Below, piece after piece: positions 16,157-20,000 of a stretch of 20,000 nucleotides of DNA. Numbering within the stretch: the stretch's first letter is position 1; the number at the start of each line of letters is the position of its first letter. Under the pieces are notes generated by a model. That model saw nothing but the letters and a program-made list of their open reading frames with translations, did not search any database and was not told where the DNA came from. This DNA comes from an uncultured virus (IMG/VR IMGVR_UViG_3300034106_004008). Taxonomy: Duplodnaviria > Heunggongvirae > Uroviricota > Caudoviricetes. Location of the stretch: positions 56,692-76,691 of the IMG/VR virus record IMGVR_UViG_3300034106_004008; one strand, 5' to 3'. The position numbers and the translations under genes were made by a program.

Positions 16157-16165
16157 CTATTTATA
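16157..16165 (+). promoter_or_regulatory. TATTTATA-type motif
   Basis: CTATTTATA, 23 nt before ATG 16189. Confidence 0.65.
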
Positions 16166-16188
16166 AGTAGTTTAAATTTCGATAATAA

Positions 16189-19100
16189 ATGGCGGTTACA
16201 ATATATTTAAGATGCGCACTAGGTAGACCTTTAACATTCGGCGAACTTGACGCGAATTTTGATAATCTAAAAAATGCAATTGAGAACTTAGGTCTGGATG
16301 ACCTAACTGATGTAATAATAACAACTGGCGCAACAGCTGGTAGTATTTTAGTTTATAATGGTAGTAATTGGGTTAATCAGGAATTAACTCAAGAATTAAA
16401 TCCGCAATATGTCGTAACATTTGATCCGCTAACGGGTCAATTCACATATTCCGCCGCTAGTACCTCAGGAACATCTGGTTACTCAGGTACATCGGGGACA
16501 TCTGGTGAGTCGGGAACTTCTGGTTCTTCAGGTACATCAGGAACTACTGGTACTTCGGGAACAGCAGGTTCATCTGGTACTTCGTGGACTGGAGATAATT
16601 ATTATGGGTCGTTTAGTGATTCAACCACACAAGTAGTCAGTGGTTCAAGTATACCAACCGTTTGGGAATATAATACAACCGAAATTGCAAATGGCATTAG
16701 TGTACAAAATAATTCACAAATTACCGTAGATAATGCTGGTGTTTATGAAATAGGATATTCAGCTCAAATTGAAGCCGCATCAAATGCAAACGGTACTGAT
16801 ATTATAATTTGGGCAAGAATTAATGGCAATGACGAGCCCAGGACAACATCAACTATAACATTAAGCGGAAATGGCGCATATCAATTACCATTTGTTGCAT
16901 ATCAATTTAATTTACAAGCTAATGATTGTGTTGAGTTTGTATTTTTATCCACAAATCAACATGTACAAATAACAGCTTTAGGGGCTGGGGTTAATTATCC
17001 AGCGGCGCCCTCTGTTATAATCGTAGCAAAAAGAATTGACAAATATATGGTGTTGCCAAGCACATCTGGCACATCAGGAACATCGGGGACAACAGGAACA
17101 TCAGGAACATCGGGTGAAAGTGGGACAAACGGTACGTCTGGTACATCGGGTACAAGTGGAACTTCGGGAACTTCTGGTTCTTCGGGAACTTCTGGTTCTT
17201 CAGGAACTTCGGGTGAAAATGGTACAAATGGTGAATCTGGAACAAGCGGAACTTCAGGAACTTCAGGAACGTCTGGTTCTTCAGGAACATCAGGAACAAG
17301 CGGAACTTCAGGAACTTCAGGAACGTCTGGTGAAAATGGTACAAATGGTGAATCTGGAACAAACGGAACATCAGGTACTTCTGGTTCTTCAGGAACATCA
17401 GGAACAAGCGGAACTTCAGGAACTTCAGGAACGTCTGGTGAAAATGGTACAAATGGTGAATCTGGAACAAACGGAACATCAGGGACATCTGGTTCTTCGG
17501 GAACTTCTGGTTCATCAGGTACATCGGGGACATCGGGGACATCTGGTGAGTCGGGAACAAACGGTACTTCAGGTGAGTCAGGGACAAATGGTTCTTCGGG
17601 AACATCAGGAACATCAGGTACAAGTGGATCATCTGGAACATCAGGAACATCAGGTTCTTCGGGTGAGAGTGGTACTTCAGGTGAGAGTGGTACAAATGGT
17701 TCTTCAGGAACATCAGGTACATCAGGTTCTTCAGGTTCTTCGGGAACAAGTGGTTCCTCAGGTACTTCTGGCTCAAGTGGAACTTCGGGTGAAAGTGGAA
17801 CTTCAGGAACATCAGGTTCAAATGGAACTTCAGGAACATCAGGTTCTTCGGGTTCTTCGGGAACAAGTGGTTCCTCAGGTACATCGGGAACATCGGGAAC
17901 ATCGGGTGAGTCGGGTACAAACGGTACTTCAGGTGAAAGTGGAACTTCAGGAACATCGGGTTCTTCAGGAACTTCTGGGACATCGGGTTCTTCAGGAACT
18001 TCAGGAACTTCGGGTGAGTCGGGCACAAATGGTACTTCAGGTTTTTCAGCAACTTCAGGGACATCGGGTTCTTCGGGAACATCGGGAACATCAGGTTCTT
18101 CGGGAACTTCGGGAACTTCGGGTGAGTCGGGTACAAACGGTACTTCAGGTTTTTCAGCAACTTCAGGGACATCGGGTTCTTCGGGAACTTCTGGTTCTTC
18201 AGGAACTTCGGGTGTTAATGGACTAGCGGGTGAGAGTGGTGGTTCCGCAACTTCTGGAACTTCAGGCACATCGGGTGAAAGTGGATCATCTGGAACTTCA
18301 GGTACAAGTGGTTCCTCAGGTACATCAGGAACTTCGGGTTCTTCAGGTGAAAGTGGTACTTCAGGTGAAAGTGGTACAAATGGTTCTTCGGGAACATCGG
18401 GAACTTCTGGAACAAGTGGTTCCTCAGGTACATCAGGAACCTCAGGAACATCGGGTGAAAGTGGTACTTCAGGTGAAAGTGGTACAAACGGTACTTCAGG
18501 AACATCAGGTACTTCTGGTTCTTCAGGAACATCAGGTACTTCTGGTTCAAGTGGAAGTTCGGGTGAAAGTGGTACTTCAGGTGAAAGTGGTACAAATGGT
18601 TCTTCGGGAACATCGGGTACTTCTGGTTCAAGTGGAACATCAGGTTCTTCTGGAACCTCAGGAACTTCGGGTGAGAGTGGAAGTTCAGGTGAGAGTGGTA
18701 CAAATGGTTCTTCTGGAACCTCAGGAACATTTGGCTCAAGTGGAACATCAGGTTCTTCTGGCTCAAGTGGAACATCAGGTTCTTCTGGTTCAAGCGGAAG
18801 TTCAGGTGAGAGCGGTACAAATGGTTCTTCAGGAACATCAGGAACATCTGGTTCTTCAGGTACATCGGGAACATCAGGGACATCTGGTGAGTCGGGTACA
18901 AACGGTACTTCAGGTGAAAGTGGTACAAATGGTTCTTCGGGAACTTCTGGTACAAATGGTTCTTCGGGAACTTCTGGTTCAAGTGGAACATCGGGAATAA
19001 ATGGAACTGCTGGAACTTCAGGTATATCAGCAACATCAGGAACTTCTGGTTCAACTGGTACATCGGGTATTGATGGATTAAATGGTATATCAGCAATAAG

Positions 19101-20000
19101 TGGAACTTCGGGAACTTCAGGAACAAATGGAACTTCGGGTGAGGGTGGTACAAACGGTACTTCGGGTGAAAGTGGAAGTTCAGGTACATCAGGTTCAAGT
19201 GGAAGTTCGGGAACTTCTGGCACAAGTGGAAGTTCGGGTGAAAGTGGAAGTTCAGGTGAAAGTGGTACAAATGGTTCTTCGGGAACATCAGGGATATCTG
19301 CAACATCAGGTACATCAGGTTCTTCAGGAACTTCGGGTGAAAGTGGAACTTCGGGAACTTCTGGTGAAAGTGGAACATCTGGAACAAATGGTACAAATGG
19401 TTCTTCTGGAACAAGTGGTACAAGTGGTTCTTCGGGAACATCAGGTGAATCAGGAACAAATGGAACTTCAGGAACTTCTGGCGAAAGTGGAACTTCAGGA
19501 ACGTCTGGGTCTTCAGGTAAATCAGGAACAAATGGAACTTCAGGAACGTCTGGGTCTTCAGGTACTTCAGGTGAATCGGGTACAAATGGGACAAGTGGTT
19601 CTTCGGGAACGTCTGGGTCTTCAGGTACTTCTGGAACATCAGGCTCAAACGGTACAAGTGGTACTTCAGGCATTTCCGCAACATCAGGAACATCAGGTTC
19701 TTCAGGTACTTCGGGTGTTAATGGACTAGCGGGTGAGAGTGGTGGTTCCGCAACGTCTGGAACCTCGGGAACATCGGGTGAAAGTGGATCATCTGGAACT
19801 TCAGGTACTTCTGGAATATCTGCGACATCAGGTACGTCAGGTTCTTCGGGAACATCAGGTTCTTCTGGAACCTCAGGTTCTTCAGGTACATCAGGAACTA
19901 CTGGTACATCAGGTTCTTCGGGAACATCAGGTTCTTCGGGAACATCAGGTTCTTCGGGAACATCAGGATTAAATGGAACTTCAGGTGTTTCTGCAACATC
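16189..20000 (+). CDS. Giant fibre-like protein (over 1270 aa, 3' truncated): N-terminal anchor, C1q/BclA-like domain, very long Gly-X-Ser collagen-like repeat
   Basis: Manual translation from ATG 16189: MAVTIYLRCALGRPLTFGELDANFDNL...LDDLTDVIIT...ILVYNGSNWVN, a short (GTS)n at 16468-16584, a beta domain YYGSFSDSTTQ...ITVDNAGVYEIGYSAQI...YPAAPSVIIV at 16600-17037, then (GTS/GSS/GES/GTN)n with no stop seen to the window end. Absent from the ORF track because it has no stop. Confidence 0.9.
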   Translation, partial: MAVTIYLRCALGRPLTFGELDANFDNLKNAIENLGLDDLTDVIITTGATAGSILVYNGSNWVNQELTQELNPQYVVTFDPLTGQFTYSAASTSGTSGYSGTSGTSGESGTSGSSGTSGTTGTSGTAGSSGTSWTGDNYYGSFSDSTTQVVSGSSIPTVWEYNTTEIANGISVQNNSQITVDNAGVYEIGYSAQIEAASNANGTDIIIWARINGNDEPRTTSTITLSGNGAYQLPFVAYQFNLQANDCVEFVFLSTNQHVQITALGAGVNYPAAPSVIIVAKRIDKYMVLPSTSGTSGTSGTTGTSGTSGESGTNGTSGTSGTSGTSGTSGSSGTSGSSGTSGENGTNGESGTSGTSGTSGTSGSSGTSGTSGTSGTSGTSGENGTNGESGTNGTSGTSGSSGTSGTSGTSGTSGTSGENGTNGESGTNGTSGTSGSSGTSGSSGTSGTSGTSGESGTNGTSGESGTNGSSGTSGTSGTSGSSGTSGTSGSSGESGTSGESGTNGSSGTSGTSGSSGSSGTSGSSGTSGSSGTSGESGTSGTSGSNGTSGTSGSSGSSGTSGSSGTSGTSGTSGESGTNGTSGESGTSGTSGSSGTSGTSGSSGTSGTSGESGTNGTSGFSATSGTSGSSGTSGTSGSSGTSGTSGESGTNGTSGFSATSGTSGSSGTSGSSGTSGVNGLAGESGGSATSGTSGTSGESGSSGTSGTSGSSGTSGTSGSSGESGTSGESGTNGSSGTSGTSGTSGSSGTSGTSGTSGESGTSGESGTNGTSGTSGTSGSSGTSGTSGSSGSSGESGTSGESGTNGSSGTSGTSGSSGTSGSSGTSGTSGESGSSGESGTNGSSGTSGTFGSSGTSGSSGSSGTSGSSGSSGSSGESGTNGSSGTSGTSGSSGTSGTSGTSGESGTNGTSGESGTNGSSGTSGTNGSSGTSGSSGTSGINGTAGTSGISATSGTSGSTGTSGIDGLNGISAISGTSGTSGTNGTSGEGGTNGTSGESGSSGTSGSSGSSGTSGTSGSSGESGSSGESGTNGSSGTSGISATSGTSGSSGTSGESGTSGTSGESGTSGTNGTNGSSGTSGTSGSSGTSGESGTNGTSGTSGESGTSGTSGSSGKSGTNGTSGTSGSSGTSGESGTNGTSGSSGTSGSSGTSGTSGSNGTSGTSGISATSGTSGSSGTSGVNGLAGESGGSATSGTSGTSGESGSSGTSGTSGISATSGTSGSSGTSGSSGTSGSSGTSGTTGTSGSSGTSGSSGTSGSSGTSGLNGTSGVSAT
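17068..20000 (+). repeat. 9-bp-period coding repeat (GGN-ACN/TCN/GAR-TCN/AGT/AAY), about 325 triplets, with higher-order duplications
   Basis: Gly register holds at every position checked (positions congruent to 4 mod 9). Internal 108/117-bp and 1503-bp duplications. Confidence 0.95.

Noticed and set aside
16995..19673. 892-aa Pro/Glu/Val-rich minus-strand ORF (PEVPEVP...)
   Set aside because: Antisense shadow of the (Gly-Thr-Ser)n gene, since GGN reads as Pro on the opposite strand. The + frame has a real start, an upstream motif and globular domains.
17015..19972. Other long ORFs in the repeat (17015-18172, 17036-18226, 18215-19693, 18230-19000, 19100-19729, 19733-19972)
   Set aside because: Off-frame readings of a 9-bp repeat that happens to lack stops.
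17068..20000. Possible CRISPR array or non-coding satellite
   Set aside because: No constant repeat with unique spacers. Variation is concentrated at synonymous codon positions, so the repeat is protein-coding.

Overview
AT-rich, densely coding segment that reads like part of a large (jumbo or huge) tailed-phage genome. The host is probably Bacteroidota, judged from Bacteroidota-type TTTG-N20-TAnnTTTG promoters and a DUF2452-like gene. Recognisable genes are a dNMP kinase, thymidylate synthase (thyA), a ClpC-like AAA+ unfoldase, a KTSC protein, a Pol-beta-family nucleotidyltransferase, a ParB/Srx-like protein and a double LamG protein. A giant fibre-like gene (16189 to past the window end; C1q/BclA-like domain plus about 325 proline-free Gly-X-Ser/Asn triplets) is missing from the supplied ORF track. 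Main observations: (1) a T4-A10 slippery run at 7649-7662 fuses two ORFs by a -1 frameshift. (2) Two promoter classes split the genes: host-type promoters before the metabolic genes, and a TATTTAT motif before eight putative late or virion genes. (3) Many of those late proteins carry recurring [I/L]-x-E motifs suggestive of prohead-protease processing, including a 1085-aa protein with two hydrophobic helices. No tRNA, rRNA, CRISPR array or mobile element was seen. All family calls come from motif recognition; no database searches were run.
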